This document shows, in pieces, positions 37,027 to 47,663 of a DNA stretch of 64,000 nucleotides. A program made the translations under genes and the position numbers. The first letter of the stretch is position 1. Each line of letters opens with the position of its first letter. The DNA lies in the IMG/VR virus record IMGVR_UViG_3300032053_000045, positions 9,818-73,817 of that record. One strand, written 5' to 3'. The notes under the pieces were generated by a model that saw nothing but the letters and a program-made list of their open reading frames with translations, made no database searches and was not told the origin of the DNA. This stretch comes from a virus.

Positions 37027-37782
37027 ATGAATTATAAACTACCTAAAAGAATACCTCGAATTTATAAGTTTCCCAAGTCTCTTGGGTATGTAGCTCCTCC
37101 GTATTCATATCAACAATCTGAGCCTTTATATGTCCCGTTTTACAATAGGCTCAGTAGATTATTTGATCGACAGAGAATCGACTTAGAGAATAGTGGGACT
37201 GTAAATAAACTTCTTAACAAGAAAATAATAGAGGCTGATTATATAAAGAATTACCTAGATAATAACTCGAACATTTTCCTAAAAGACACTTATAAAGCTC
37301 TTAAGAACTACTACTTGAAACAATATAATTTAACTCGGGAAATTCTTCAAGAAGAAATTGTTCCTGATTTGAATAGAAAACAAAAACTATATATTAAGAA
37401 AATATCTCAGGGAATAAATGATCACACAAAAGATAGAGTGACGAGTTTAATCCAGAGATTGATTAGAGAGCAGACTCCCTCTAATAAAGCAAAAATTGAA
37501 ATCGAATCTCTTTTTAACGATATGGGGCAATATAGATCAGAAAGAATAAGCCGAACAGAATTAACTAAAGCAGACAATGAAAGCAAATTCGATATTGCGA
37601 AAGAGAACAATAACACAAAGAAAAAATGGATTTTAAGTGAGATATGTAAAACAAAACATTGTAGAGTTTGCAGAGAGAATAGTAATATTGGTTGGATAAA
37701 AATTAATGAGAGATTTTCGTCTGGCAATCTATATCCACCACCGCATCCTAATTGCTCATGCGGAATAATTTTTAAAGGATGA
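37027..37782 (+). CDS. Head morphogenesis protein (MuF/SPP1 gp7-like)
   Basis: RSERISRTE..A, K.W, C..C, PPPHPNC.C. Confidence 0.88.
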   Translation: MNYKLPKRIPRIYKFPKSLGYVAPPYSYQQSEPLYVPFYNRLSRLFDRQRIDLENSGTVNKLLNKKIIEADYIKNYLDNNSNIFLKDTYKALKNYYLKQYNLTREILQEEIVPDLNRKQKLYIKKISQGINDHTKDRVTSLIQRLIREQTPSNKAKIEIESLFNDMGQYRSERISRTELTKADNESKFDIAKENNNTKKKWILSEICKTKHCRVCRENSNIGWIKINERFSSGNLYPPPHPNCSCGIIFKG

Positions 37783-37795
37783 AATAGGAAAAAAT

Positions 37796-38470
37796 ATGGC
37801 AGAAAATATAAATTCAACACATTATACATCATATTCTCTTGTAGCCGATTTTTTAAAAGGATTTAATCTGGGTAACATTGTCTCTCAAGATAATGTTAAT
37901 GATACTCTATTGTCTTTTTGCGACTCCTATTTTGATTCCAATTGTTTTCGAGATTTTAAACTTCACAGTGGAGTTGTTGAATTTCATCATGGGTCAGGAA
38001 AAGATAATATTAATACTTATTTCTTTCCCATCGTAAGAATTAGTCGTATGGTTATGTATAATCAACTTTTACAAGCAATGAGAGTATTTTTAGACTCTGA
38101 ATTAATTGTACATCCCCAGAGAGGAGAAATATTTCTTCCTCCAATTTATCCAGCATTTTTGGCGGATAAACCATTCGCGGCAATTTTGGGAAATATTTTT
38201 ATTCCGGGTAGATATAATATTGAGGTCGATTATGATTATGGTTATGATCCTACTCCTCCTGATATTCAAATGGCAGCAACCAAATGGGTGTCAATACAAT
38301 TACTACAGAAACATGGGGCATTTATGACAGGCGGCACTTCTAGCAGAAGCATTGATGGATATTCTGAAAGCTATGGGAAAATACCATATGATGGACTTAT
38401 TTCGATGTGGATGAAAGAAATAGATGGAGTTGTGGCCAGGAACGCCAAAGTTTACGGACGAGCAATTTAG
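37796..38470 (+). CDS. Head-tail adaptor
   Basis: NIEVDYDYGY..TPPDIQMA, S.SIDGYSESY; position. Confidence 0.75.
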   Translation: MAENINSTHYTSYSLVADFLKGFNLGNIVSQDNVNDTLLSFCDSYFDSNCFRDFKLHSGVVEFHHGSGKDNINTYFFPIVRISRMVMYNQLLQAMRVFLDSELIVHPQRGEIFLPPIYPAFLADKPFAAILGNIFIPGRYNIEVDYDYGYDPTPPDIQMAATKWVSIQLLQKHGAFMTGGTSSRSIDGYSESYGKIPYDGLISMWMKEIDGVVARNAKVYGRAI

Positions 38471-41400
38471 ATGACTAAATTGCCAAAACAATCTCGTCAT
38501 CAAAGAATCTCTAAATTAGGAAAACCATTCCAAGCAGGAAGTGGAGAAAAGCTTTTAAAAGAGAATGATTATCTATATCATGCAACTTATAGACCACTTT
38601 TAAACAAAATTAAAAAAGAAGGATTACAAGGTGGAAAAAGAAAAAATTATGAAGATTCCGCGACAAATAAAGTGTATTTAGATAAAACTCCGGAGGGAGC
38701 AGAGTCGTATGCAGAAACTTCCGACACCATTCCTGAAGAATGGCTTGATCAAATAGTAATTTTGAAGATACCTAAAAATAAGTTAAATAAAAAATTACTT
38801 AATGTAGATAAAAATGTATTGCAAACTGATGACGAAGAGGCACAAACATTTGAATATAGTGATACAATTTCTCCTCAATTATTAAGTGAGTACAAAAAAG
38901 ATAGTGAAAAAATGAATTTAAATAAATCATATAAAATACCTTCTTCAATTGAAAAAAGTAGTAAACTAAGTAATACCATACTTCCATTTCCCCGGATGAT
39001 TATGCAACCTCCAAAAGAGGGGGCCGTCGATCCTATAATGAAATTACCTAATGGGAGACAGATTACAATTAAACTACCTAAAGAAAAAAGACAAAATTTA
39101 TCTTCTGAGAAATCTCTACCTAAAGCTCTGAGCTCGAAACCTGTGAAAGTTAATAAACTTCCTTTGCAGGGAGAGATTATTTCTAAATCATTGCTTCCGA
39201 AAATTATTAAACCTTCAACCACGAAAGCGTGGACTGGTAAAAAATCTCCTACAGGAGCAAAAAAAATGCCAGGAATATCTCGTTCTGGGAAAGTTTCTGG
39301 AGCCACAGGAACGGGAATTCCTAAAGGTACAAGTGCCCCATCTAAAACTGGTCAAACAGGTAGTGGAGAAAGAGCGGGACACAAATATGTTAAACGTGAA
39401 GGCACTCCTGGAGCTTATAAATATTGGTATAGGCTACCTAATGGAAAACTTGGAACTAAAAAACAATTAAATGAAGCGGTCAAACAAAAAGAATCAGCTG
39501 GGGTAAAAGGTGTAAAGCCAGTTGAAACAGTAAAGAAAAAACCAATCGAGAAGCCTTCTAAACTTCCCAGTGGTAAAAAAGAAGTTTCTAAATTACCTAA
39601 GGCTAAAGAAGTAACTCCTAAAATTGAAACTAAAGAAGTTGTTCCAGAAGCATATAATAAAATTTTTCCAACTGTCCCAAAAGAACAAAAAGCCGGGATG
39701 TTTTCCAAGGTCAAAGACGTTTTAGGTAACATCGCCGGAAAAATTAAAGATTTTGTTAATTCGACAGCTGGTAAAAGAAGTGAAGAACAAGAAGACGCAC
39801 TTACAAAAGAAGTTCAAAGACTTTATGACATGTTATATATGATGTCTACTCTTGATAAATTTATGGTCGAAACAAAAGCTGGTAAAAAAATCGCTAAAGA
39901 ATTCAAATTTAGTAAAGAGAAAATTGATTCGATGAATTCTATTACTGATTTAGACAATTTAATGAATGAGGCAAAAGATCCTGAAAAACCTCAGGCGGAA
40001 CAAGTGGTTCATAAAATTCAAAAAAGAATTAATTTCCTATCGAAATTAGAGGCTGATCAACAGGATGAAGAAAGCAAGAAGAAGTTCCAAAAAGATGTAG
40101 AAATTGTTTCTGATCCTAAAAATAGAGTTTCTGCCTCTACGATAAAGAAAGTTCAAATAAGCCCTTCTGCGAAAATTAAATCAGAGGTTAATAAGGCATC
40201 TAGTGATTATTTATTAAAATTAGTAAATAAAAAAAGAACTGTTCCGTTTAAAACAGCTGATGATTATTTTAATCATAATAAAAAATTAATTGAGTCTACT
40301 TTAAAGAAAACCTCAGATATTTCAAAAGGTTATGTAATCGATCCGAAAACTGGAATCGTTACTTTCTCTGATAATAAAAAAGCTGAAGAAGCAGCAAAGC
40401 AGTTAAGGAAATATAAAACTGTTATTTTTAGAGATTCAGAAGATCCCAAAACACTCAAAAAACAAATAGTATTTTCTAAAGTTGGGGATGAGAGTATATT
40501 ATCCCCCATGAATTCTTCTTATTTGGATGCAGCTCAAGCGATAGCAAATAAGTCAAAAAATGGGTCATCGACAGCGTGGGTTCCGTTAGGATTTGATGGT
40601 AAAACTTTTACACTCAAACCATCTGACGGAAGTGAAGACGCGGAAACTTCTTCATTGACATTTGCTATGCCGGGTGTTGGAAAATCTGTAAATATTAGAG
40701 GAACTACATTAGCTTCATTGATGGGCAATCCGGAAGGCACATACAAAGCTGTAATAGTTGATCCGTCAAGCAGTATATTTACAGAATTGGATAAAAATGA
40801 TAGTGAATTAACTCCAGAAGAACGGACAACAAAAGCTACATTACAACATTATACTGACAAAGGTCTTCTAACTATTATAACGCCAAAAAGTGTAACTGGT
40901 AAAGATGAATTAGGTGATGATAATTCACGACAATTTATGGAAGCGGTGTTAGATAAAATAAACAAGGATAGGACACTACAAACTGCAAGAAGAACATCTC
41001 AAAATTTGGATAATCTTGCATCCAGTTCTAATGTTGAACCTACTGTACATTATCAAATAGATGAGTTAAATAAAATGGCTCTGTTGAATATTCCTAAGGA
41101 TTTAAAAGAAAAATTTGGGGCGTCATTATCTGCTGGTATTAACGACACAGCAAGAAAAGGAAAAATGATTTTTCATGGCTATGGCCAATCACCAGAAGGA
41201 TTATCGGATTCAATAAAAGGCGCTAATTGGAAACGAATTGAAAGTATGGGGAGGGCGAATGACAGAGTAATAGCATCAACTTTTAAAATAAAAGGCGGTC
41301 CGGAAATGATTCGTAGAACCCCTGAGAATGGAATTATTAGTATTGACAGAGGAACTGGCGGCACCGAATATTTTCAAAAACCAGTTGGTGGATCCGCTGT

Positions 41401-41491
41401 AGAGGGGGCAATGGCTCAAACTCCTGTGAGTACCAAGTCATCTCTGCCTAAAGCAAAAATCAACAAGGTTCCTAAACAGGCGAAAACTTAA
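38471..41491 (+). CDS. 1006-aa multidomain protein: ADP-ribosyltransferase-like N-terminus, FtsK/HerA-like P-loop C-terminus
   Basis: LYHAT..L..I..EGL...VYL...A..YA...FEY; GHKY.KREG..G.YKYWY; AMPGVGKS, IVDP, HYQIDE. Confidence 0.65.
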   Translation: MTKLPKQSRHQRISKLGKPFQAGSGEKLLKENDYLYHATYRPLLNKIKKEGLQGGKRKNYEDSATNKVYLDKTPEGAESYAETSDTIPEEWLDQIVILKIPKNKLNKKLLNVDKNVLQTDDEEAQTFEYSDTISPQLLSEYKKDSEKMNLNKSYKIPSSIEKSSKLSNTILPFPRMIMQPPKEGAVDPIMKLPNGRQITIKLPKEKRQNLSSEKSLPKALSSKPVKVNKLPLQGEIISKSLLPKIIKPSTTKAWTGKKSPTGAKKMPGISRSGKVSGATGTGIPKGTSAPSKTGQTGSGERAGHKYVKREGTPGAYKYWYRLPNGKLGTKKQLNEAVKQKESAGVKGVKPVETVKKKPIEKPSKLPSGKKEVSKLPKAKEVTPKIETKEVVPEAYNKIFPTVPKEQKAGMFSKVKDVLGNIAGKIKDFVNSTAGKRSEEQEDALTKEVQRLYDMLYMMSTLDKFMVETKAGKKIAKEFKFSKEKIDSMNSITDLDNLMNEAKDPEKPQAEQVVHKIQKRINFLSKLEADQQDEESKKKFQKDVEIVSDPKNRVSASTIKKVQISPSAKIKSEVNKASSDYLLKLVNKKRTVPFKTADDYFNHNKKLIESTLKKTSDISKGYVIDPKTGIVTFSDNKKAEEAAKQLRKYKTVIFRDSEDPKTLKKQIVFSKVGDESILSPMNSSYLDAAQAIANKSKNGSSTAWVPLGFDGKTFTLKPSDGSEDAETSSLTFAMPGVGKSVNIRGTTLASLMGNPEGTYKAVIVDPSSSIFTELDKNDSELTPEERTTKATLQHYTDKGLLTIITPKSVTGKDELGDDNSRQFMEAVLDKINKDRTLQTARRTSQNLDNLASSSNVEPTVHYQIDELNKMALLNIPKDLKEKFGASLSAGINDTARKGKMIFHGYGQSPEGLSDSIKGANWKRIESMGRANDRVIASTFKIKGGPEMIRRTPENGIISIDRGTGGTEYFQKPVGGSAVEGAMAQTPVSTKSSLPKAKINKVPKQAKT

Positions 41492-41494
41492 AAC

Positions 41495-42298
41495 ATGACA
41501 ACGCCAGGACAACAAGCTTTTGGTGGAAGAATTAATGTCGTTGCTAATCAGCTCGAACGAGGCGGGATGCCGGCCGTTGTTTATGCTCCGACAAAATGTG
41601 AACTTGCTATTTATCCGGTTGTCGACGAAGTTCATCAGTTAATTCCTCGAACTTATAGCACTGATGATTACTGTACTTTGACTGGTGAAGAATCAATAAT
41701 TGGTGCAACAACGGATTGGACAGCCCCTGACACAAAAATAAAATTAAGAAGTGTGACAGTGAAAAATGTTGATAAAACAATAACATATATTGAGAGCTCA
41801 ACCGGTGATTATACAGTTGATTATGAGGCTGGAGAGATTATTAGAAATGATGTAAGTAGAATTCCCGTAGGAAGTAGTATTAGTGTATCATATAGATGGC
41901 AAGAACCTTGTTTAAATCCCGAAACTGGAGCTCCAAGACCGGATTGTCCAATTTGTGGAGGGAATGGAGTTATATATACTTTGGCCGCTAACATTATAGG
42001 GTTGTTTCATATACCAAATTATGACAGTCAATTAGCTAAAGTTGGTTATTTTGAAATAGGAGATGCCTTTTTCACGACATCATCTACTTATAATTTTGGG
42101 GCCGGTGGAGATGGAACTGGAAATTTATATACAAGAGATATTTTGGTCATCAATGATGGAACAATTGACCAAGTATGGAGAGTTTTAGCAAAGCCCAACA
42201 CAATACAATTGGCCGGAGAATATCTTGCTAAAAAACTTCATATAAGAAAAATCAAAGAGGGTGAAACTATTACTGATTTGATTCAAGGTTCTACATAA
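41495..42298 (+). CDS. Putative neck/head-closure protein
   Basis: Position; C...C..C.G.G motif; G.FE.GDA. Confidence 0.55.
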   Translation: MTTPGQQAFGGRINVVANQLERGGMPAVVYAPTKCELAIYPVVDEVHQLIPRTYSTDDYCTLTGEESIIGATTDWTAPDTKIKLRSVTVKNVDKTITYIESSTGDYTVDYEAGEIIRNDVSRIPVGSSISVSYRWQEPCLNPETGAPRPDCPICGGNGVIYTLAANIIGLFHIPNYDSQLAKVGYFEIGDAFFTTSSTYNFGAGGDGTGNLYTRDILVINDGTIDQVWRVLAKPNTIQLAGEYLAKKLHIRKIKEGETITDLIQGST

Positions 42299-42834
42299 TG
42301 CCAATTTTAAAAAAAGACGCTTTGTGGTTTAGATTTAACAAATTAACTCATGAAGAAAGAAGAAAGTTAAGTAGAGTTGTTGAGGATGGAGCAAAAGATA
42401 TGGTAAAATCAGTTCAAAACATGATAACTGATGTTGGAATTAAAACCAGGACTGGTAATTTAAAAAAAGCCGTTAAATATCAAATGACAAGCATGCTTCA
42501 TGCAAAAATATATGTTGACGCCAAAGAGGCTCCTTATGCAGAATATTTAGAAGAGGGATATTCTCCATTTGATCTCAAAAGTGGACTTTTCAATAGTCCT
42601 AAGGCAAAAACTTCTAAAAAAGGAAATAGATATATTCGTGTTCCAATTGGCGGAAAAATTGTTACACTTTCAGAAAGTAAACAATATACAAAAGCTGGAA
42701 AAATAAGTAAAAGATTCCCAAGCTCATGGAGACATCCAGGATATACAGGAAAATTATTTTTTAAACAGGGTATCGAAGAAATAGAACCACACATCGTTTC
42801 GAGAATAGAAGATTTCATGAAGGAGAAAACTTAA
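42298..42834 (+). CDS. Tail completion/neck protein (HK97 gp10-like)
   Basis: RTGNLK, APYAEYLEEG, W.HPG....FF. Confidence 0.7.
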   Translation: MPILKKDALWFRFNKLTHEERRKLSRVVEDGAKDMVKSVQNMITDVGIKTRTGNLKKAVKYQMTSMLHAKIYVDAKEAPYAEYLEEGYSPFDLKSGLFNSPKAKTSKKGNRYIRVPIGGKIVTLSESKQYTKAGKISKRFPSSWRHPGYTGKLFFKQGIEEIEPHIVSRIEDFMKEKT

Positions 42835-43373
42835 TGGCACTGACAGACGTTAAAGCAATTTTATATAAAGTAATGAATGATGAATTTGCAAAGAGAAATT
42901 TGGACATTAAAGTAACCAGAGCTTATCCAAAAGTCGTTGAACAGGTCCAGCAAAAACCAGTTATTTCAATTGCGAGGGTTAGTGGAGCAGAAGAAATAAT
43001 GATGGTCGCAGATTTGATTTCAAATGCTGTTCTTAATGATTCTTATTCAGAGACTCTTGGGTATCTTAATCAAGAAATTTATGAATTAAGCATCTGGACA
43101 ACAATATCAGAAATGCGTGATGACTTGATGATCCTTTTAAGACAAATTTTATTTGAAAATAGACTGTTATTTAATTCTTATGGTTTTCAAAAAATGGTAT
43201 TAGTTGGATGTACCGATGAAGAACTTGATGTATCAAAAATTCCATTAACAATTTATCGAGGAGTTTTGAGATTTTTGATCATGAGTAAAGTTAGAGTTGT
43301 AAACTTAGATCAGTTAGTAGAGCAGATATTGCCAAATCTTTTGCTATACAGTCAGACGACAGAGCCAGAATAG
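42834..43373 (+). CDS. Putative tail terminator
   Basis: Size and position before sheath; AYP....P.ISI. Confidence 0.55.
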   Translation: MALTDVKAILYKVMNDEFAKRNLDIKVTRAYPKVVEQVQQKPVISIARVSGAEEIMMVADLISNAVLNDSYSETLGYLNQEIYELSIWTTISEMRDDLMILLRQILFENRLLFNSYGFQKMVLVGCTDEELDVSKIPLTIYRGVLRFLIMSKVRVVNLDQLVEQILPNLLLYSQTTEPE

Positions 43374-43393
43374 ATTTGTAAGGAGGTTAAATA

Positions 43394-43651
43394 ATGAGCG
43401 AGAACACACAAGAAAAGAAAATAGTTGATAAAGATATGCCCAATGAAGAAATAAAAATTAAAGATAAGAAGCATGAAGAGGTAAAACAACCTGTATCAAA
43501 AATGAATTTTGCTGAATATAAACTTAATTTAAAGCCAGAATTATCGGCAGCACTAAAAGTATACGCCGATGTTAAGCATGATATGGAAGAAAAAACAAAA
43601 GAAGAATGGGATAGTTTATTTGACAAAATGCAAAATAGAAAAATTGGATAA
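43394..43651 (+). CDS. Hypothetical protein
   Basis: AAGGAGG RBS. Confidence 0.75.
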   Translation: MSENTQEKKIVDKDMPNEEIKIKDKKHEEVKQPVSKMNFAEYKLNLKPELSAALKVYADVKHDMEEKTKEEWDSLFDKMQNRKIG

Positions 43652-43673
43652 ATAAAAATTAAGGAGGAACAAA

Positions 43674-45071
43674 ATGGTTACTTTTCAAGGACGCAGTTAT
43701 AAGCAACCAGGGTCGTACTCATACACCGACCCCACAGCATTGGTCGGAGTTGGTTTAGGAACAGGTGGAGTAGTTGCTATCATAGGTACTGCAACTGGTG
43801 GACGGCCAGGTCAAGTTACTTTATTTTCGGATCCAGTTTCTGCAAAAAATGCATATAGGGGTGGAAATTTAATAAACGCCGCAAATTATGCTTGGGCAGC
43901 TGGAGCAAATTTAATTTATTTAACACGCCCAGGAAATCCTCTTCAAGCATCATTGTTACTTAATGCTACCGGCCCTGCAGCTTGTATCACTGCCACTTCA
44001 ATTGATTATGGTTCTTGGTGTAATAGTATTCAAACAAAAGTAGAAAATGCTACATCTGGTCCAACGAATTGCAAAATTACGGTTCAATATTATAATACAT
44101 CAACTGGACAAACAACGACTGAAGTTGCTGATGAAATGGCTACTGGCACTGCTATTATAGCGTATTGGGCGGCTAATTATCCTCAAGGATTAGTTGCATT
44201 TACAGGAGGAGTAGCTGTTGCGAATCGTCCATTGAATATTGTATTTACTCCATTAGCGAGTGGAACCGATGATTTAACCCCGTTAGCGGCAGCATGGCAA
44301 ACGGCAATTGATTTTTATAATAAATATGAAGTTAATCTTATGCATCCTGCCGGTTGTGAGGACGCTGTGACTCAAGCCTATTTGTTAGCACATTGTATTA
44401 CAAATTCAAATAATAGAAAAGAAAGAATTTGTATTGTCGGAGGTCCGGCTTCTGAAACAGCAACTCAATCAACGACAAGAGCCGTTAATCTTAATAGTAG
44501 CAGAGCCGTATTTGTTGCCCCGGGAACTGACAGCGAATCCGGAACAATGACAGCAGCCAGAATTACTGGTATGCTTGCTGGAGTTGATGTTGCTACAGCG
44601 TTAACACATCAAACAATTCAAGCGTCTACTGTTGCTGTAAAATATACAGACACGGAAAAAGATAGTTTAATAACACTTGGTGTTTGTGCAATTGAAGAAG
44701 TTCCACAGGGAAAAAGAGTTTTAAGATCAATTACTACAGCCCAAGATTTATCTACGACTCAAGAAAATCCGTTCAAAGAAATTTCAATTCAAAGAATTGC
44801 CGATTATGTTAATTACAATATGAGAACCAATTTAGAAACTGCATTTGTCGGGAAAAAGGGAGTCACGGGAATTGAGGCCTCAATAAATGCTTCAACGACT
44901 TCTATTTTGGTAAGACTAAGAGAAGCAGAAATTATTCAAGGATTTAGAAATGTTAATGTTAAAAGAGATACAAGTAATCCACAAATAGTTTATGTGAGTT
45001 ATGAAGTTGCCCCTATCAGCCCGATCAATTTCATTCTAATTACTACCCGGCTAGTTCCCATAATTGCATAA
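43674..45071 (+). CDS. Contractile tail sheath protein
   Basis: PGSYS, VAIIG.A.GG, RI.DY....R, FVGK, V.PI.PI.FI.I. Confidence 0.92.
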   Translation: MVTFQGRSYKQPGSYSYTDPTALVGVGLGTGGVVAIIGTATGGRPGQVTLFSDPVSAKNAYRGGNLINAANYAWAAGANLIYLTRPGNPLQASLLLNATGPAACITATSIDYGSWCNSIQTKVENATSGPTNCKITVQYYNTSTGQTTTEVADEMATGTAIIAYWAANYPQGLVAFTGGVAVANRPLNIVFTPLASGTDDLTPLAAAWQTAIDFYNKYEVNLMHPAGCEDAVTQAYLLAHCITNSNNRKERICIVGGPASETATQSTTRAVNLNSSRAVFVAPGTDSESGTMTAARITGMLAGVDVATALTHQTIQASTVAVKYTDTEKDSLITLGVCAIEEVPQGKRVLRSITTAQDLSTTQENPFKEISIQRIADYVNYNMRTNLETAFVGKKGVTGIEASINASTTSILVRLREAEIIQGFRNVNVKRDTSNPQIVYVSYEVAPISPINFILITTRLVPIIA

Positions 45072-45099
45072 AAAATATTAATAAAGGGAGGGGAAATTA

Positions 45100-45672
45100 A
45101 TGGTTGTTTCATTTGACCCAACTTGGACTTCAGTAACAGCAGAAATAGACTTTTTAGGTCAATCAGTTGGCGAACTGCAAGATTTTACGGTCGATGAACA
45201 GTTCAATGTTCAAAGAATGATTGCAATTGGATCGCCAGTTGATATAAAACATGTTCCTGGAATCTATCAAGCAAACATCACATCTCGAAGAGCATTTCTT
45301 GACATGAATATTTTATTCTCCGCAATGACAACTCTTGATGCGTCACAGATTCCTGCATCAGGGTTAGTTACTTCAACAGGGACCAGTTCTACTGTTGATA
45401 TCGATGCTTTAAAAGCTGCAATACAAAATACAACTCTTGCCACCGGAATGGTTATAGCTTCATTAGATTTTGACATTGTATTATATGAAAAATTGCTGGA
45501 TCCTACAACGAAAGTCGCCACAAAATCTCATAAATATACATTCAATAGTTGTACCGTTGGAAGCAGAAATATGACAATGTCTTCTGGCAATATAATCTTA
45601 ATGGAAAATGTCACAATACTCGCAAGGTCAAGAAGTATGGGTTCTGGAATATCCGGTGAAGGAGTTTTATAG
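45100..45672 (+). CDS. Tail tube protein
   Basis: Follows sheath; VGELQ.F...E.F......IG......VPG...IT..RAF...ILMENVTI.A. Confidence 0.8.
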   Translation: MVVSFDPTWTSVTAEIDFLGQSVGELQDFTVDEQFNVQRMIAIGSPVDIKHVPGIYQANITSRRAFLDMNILFSAMTTLDASQIPASGLVTSTGTSSTVDIDALKAAIQNTTLATGMVIASLDFDIVLYEKLLDPTTKVATKSHKYTFNSCTVGSRNMTMSSGNIILMENVTILARSRSMGSGISGEGVL

Positions 45673-45678
45673 TAACAA

Positions 45679-46269
45679 ATGGTCAATGAAGTTTCACAAT
45701 TTATAACGTCAACAACAGTAAACATACTGTTTGATGATTATATAATAGGGGAGCTACAAAACTTTTCAGCATCAGAAGACTTTGGTGTTGCAGAGGTTTA
45801 CGGTGTGGGCTCCCCTATTCCAAACTTCATGCCAGGAAATTATTCGGGAAATATAACGGCTCGAAAAGGGTTTATTGATCCAAATGCTTTTTTTACAAAA
45901 TTTCATCCATTTGGAAACAAAATAGAGACGAATAACATTCCAAGTATTAATTCTTTAGTCAATGGGTTTGCTAACTTCCTTAGAAGTCCAAACACGATTG
46001 GGACCATCAATGATGCGATAGTAAATTATGCCATAAGGAATCCAATATCTTCTTCACTTGTTTTTCCTGCAGATAATGAGAGAAAAACATCAATGATATT
46101 CTTTGATATCAAGCTTGCTTATAACGGAATGTCTCCCTCTGGTGGAGTCGAACAAAAAATTATCAATATATACAAAGATTGCATAATTACCAGCAGGAAA
46201 ATAATAGTTGACACCACCAATATAATTATAATGGAAGATATTACTATTAAATTTAGGCAGAGGATATAG
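45679..46269 (+). CDS. Tail tube-like paralog
   Basis: IGELQNF...EDFG....GVG......PG...ITARK.F...IIMEDITI. Confidence 0.75.
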   Translation: MVNEVSQFITSTTVNILFDDYIIGELQNFSASEDFGVAEVYGVGSPIPNFMPGNYSGNITARKGFIDPNAFFTKFHPFGNKIETNNIPSINSLVNGFANFLRSPNTIGTINDAIVNYAIRNPISSSLVFPADNERKTSMIFFDIKLAYNGMSPSGGVEQKIINIYKDCIITSRKIIVDTTNIIIMEDITIKFRQRI

Positions 46270-46968
46270 ATGAGGGAACAAATTTTTGTTAGTCCTAAAA
46301 ACGTAGTTATTACTTTTGCAGAAGCAGAGGTAGGACATCTGCAGTCTTTGACTATCTCTGAAAGATATAATCTTCAGCCGATAAAGCATCTTTGGCAATC
46401 TACGGTTGTTGGATTTGTTCCAGGTATATCTGAATTTAGCGCAACAGCATCGAAGGCTTACATTGAATATAGTAGCTTTCTTGGTACAGTTCAAGATATT
46501 GTTAACACGATCAACACAATGAAGAATGCAAATACTACATGGGAGAGTGTAACAGGAGTTAATATTGCAGACAAGATCTACTCTTCAATATCAAGTGGTA
46601 TATCATCAAGTGTCGATTGGTTGGCCCAAGGAAAATTAAAAATAAATTCTCCTATTCAGATTCCCTCAAGTGTGCTGACTTTGTTTGATAACATTTTAAA
46701 TGGAGTTGCGTCATTAGGCGAAATATTTTCTTCAGTTGCTTTTGATATTAAAGTCAAAAATCCCGCTATTCAAAGCAATTTATTTGCTTCAGGTTCTACT
46801 TTAGGAATGCCTGATTTGTGGGTATTGAGAGGTTGTCAAATTGATTCAAGAAATATAAATATTTCGGCCGGTAATGTTGTGATTTTAGAAGATATAACTA
46901 TTAAAGCCAAAAATAATTATGACAGCGGTATTTCGACAGCAGTTAATGGGTATGTTCCGTTAATATAA
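46270..46968 (+). CDS. Tail tube-like paralog
   Basis: VGHLQSL...E.YN.....FVPG.....TA.KAY...VILEDITIKA. Confidence 0.75.
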   Translation: MREQIFVSPKNVVITFAEAEVGHLQSLTISERYNLQPIKHLWQSTVVGFVPGISEFSATASKAYIEYSSFLGTVQDIVNTINTMKNANTTWESVTGVNIADKIYSSISSGISSSVDWLAQGKLKINSPIQIPSSVLTLFDNILNGVASLGEIFSSVAFDIKVKNPAIQSNLFASGSTLGMPDLWVLRGCQIDSRNINISAGNVVILEDITIKAKNNYDSGISTAVNGYVPLI

Positions 46969-46985
46969 AGTAAGGAGGTATTGTT

Positions 46986-47417
46986 ATGGCAGAGGAACAA
47001 AAAGTATTAGATAAAAAAAATGATGAAAAGATAGCGAAGATAATTATGGGTAAAGATTATACAGGTGTTATAAAGCTTAGAGAATATGAATTTGAAATAC
47101 ACGGGCTGAGCATTGAGGATCAGATTAAAAGTATTGTGAAGTCAAAAAATCTAAGAAAAGATCTTGAACAGGAAGATGATAATATTTCGTCATTAACAGA
47201 TATGTTAGCAACATTGGAATGTGCAGTTGGGAATATATACAAGGTAAATTCAACCGGTGAAAAAACAAAATTACAAGGAAGTTTTTTGGATAATTTTAAA
47301 AGCAACAGAAATCCAAGATTATTTAATGATATTGTTATTCCTTTATTTCAGAAATACGTTGAATTTGTTTCAGAATTAAGTATTTCCTTGGAGGACAGAG
47401 AAATAAAAAACGGATAG
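46986..47417 (+). CDS. Tail assembly chaperone (G-like)
   Basis: Between tube and tape measure genes; ends in A AAA AAC GGA TAG. Confidence 0.75.
   Translation: MAEEQKVLDKKNDEKIAKIIMGKDYTGVIKLREYEFEIHGLSIEDQIKSIVKSKNLRKDLEQEDDNISSLTDMLATLECAVGNIYKVNSTGEKTKLQGSFLDNFKSNRNPRLFNDIVIPLFQKYVEFVSELSISLEDREIKNG
47405..47411 (+). other. Programmed -1 frameshift heptamer A AAA AAC
   Basis: X XXY YYZ in the correct phase; the -1 frame is open into ORF 47435-47662. Confidence 0.8.
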
Positions 47418-47662
47418 CGGCAGGTTTAGGGTATATGTATTATATTGCGATGAAAACGATTAATTCATATCCATGGCCTGCCGGAGAAATAACTCTTTCA
47501 CAATTACAATATTTGATAATATGTCAAGGAATAGAAAAAGAAATTTTAGAAGGAAAACAACCACAATTTGCCAATAGTGAATTTGATCAACGATTAAAAG
47601 AAGCACAAATACGCGGAGAAGAACTTAGAAAATCTGGAAAAAACATAAACATAAACTTATAA
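47411..47662 (+). CDS. Tail assembly chaperone T segment (G-T fusion)
   Basis: -1 frame RIAAGLGY-MYYIAMK...; no clear RBS of its own. Confidence 0.7.
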   Translation, partial: RIAAGLGYMYYIAMKTINSYPWPAGEITLSQLQYLIICQGIEKEILEGKQPQFANSEFDQRLKEAQIRGEELRKSGKNININL

Positions 47663-47663
47663 A

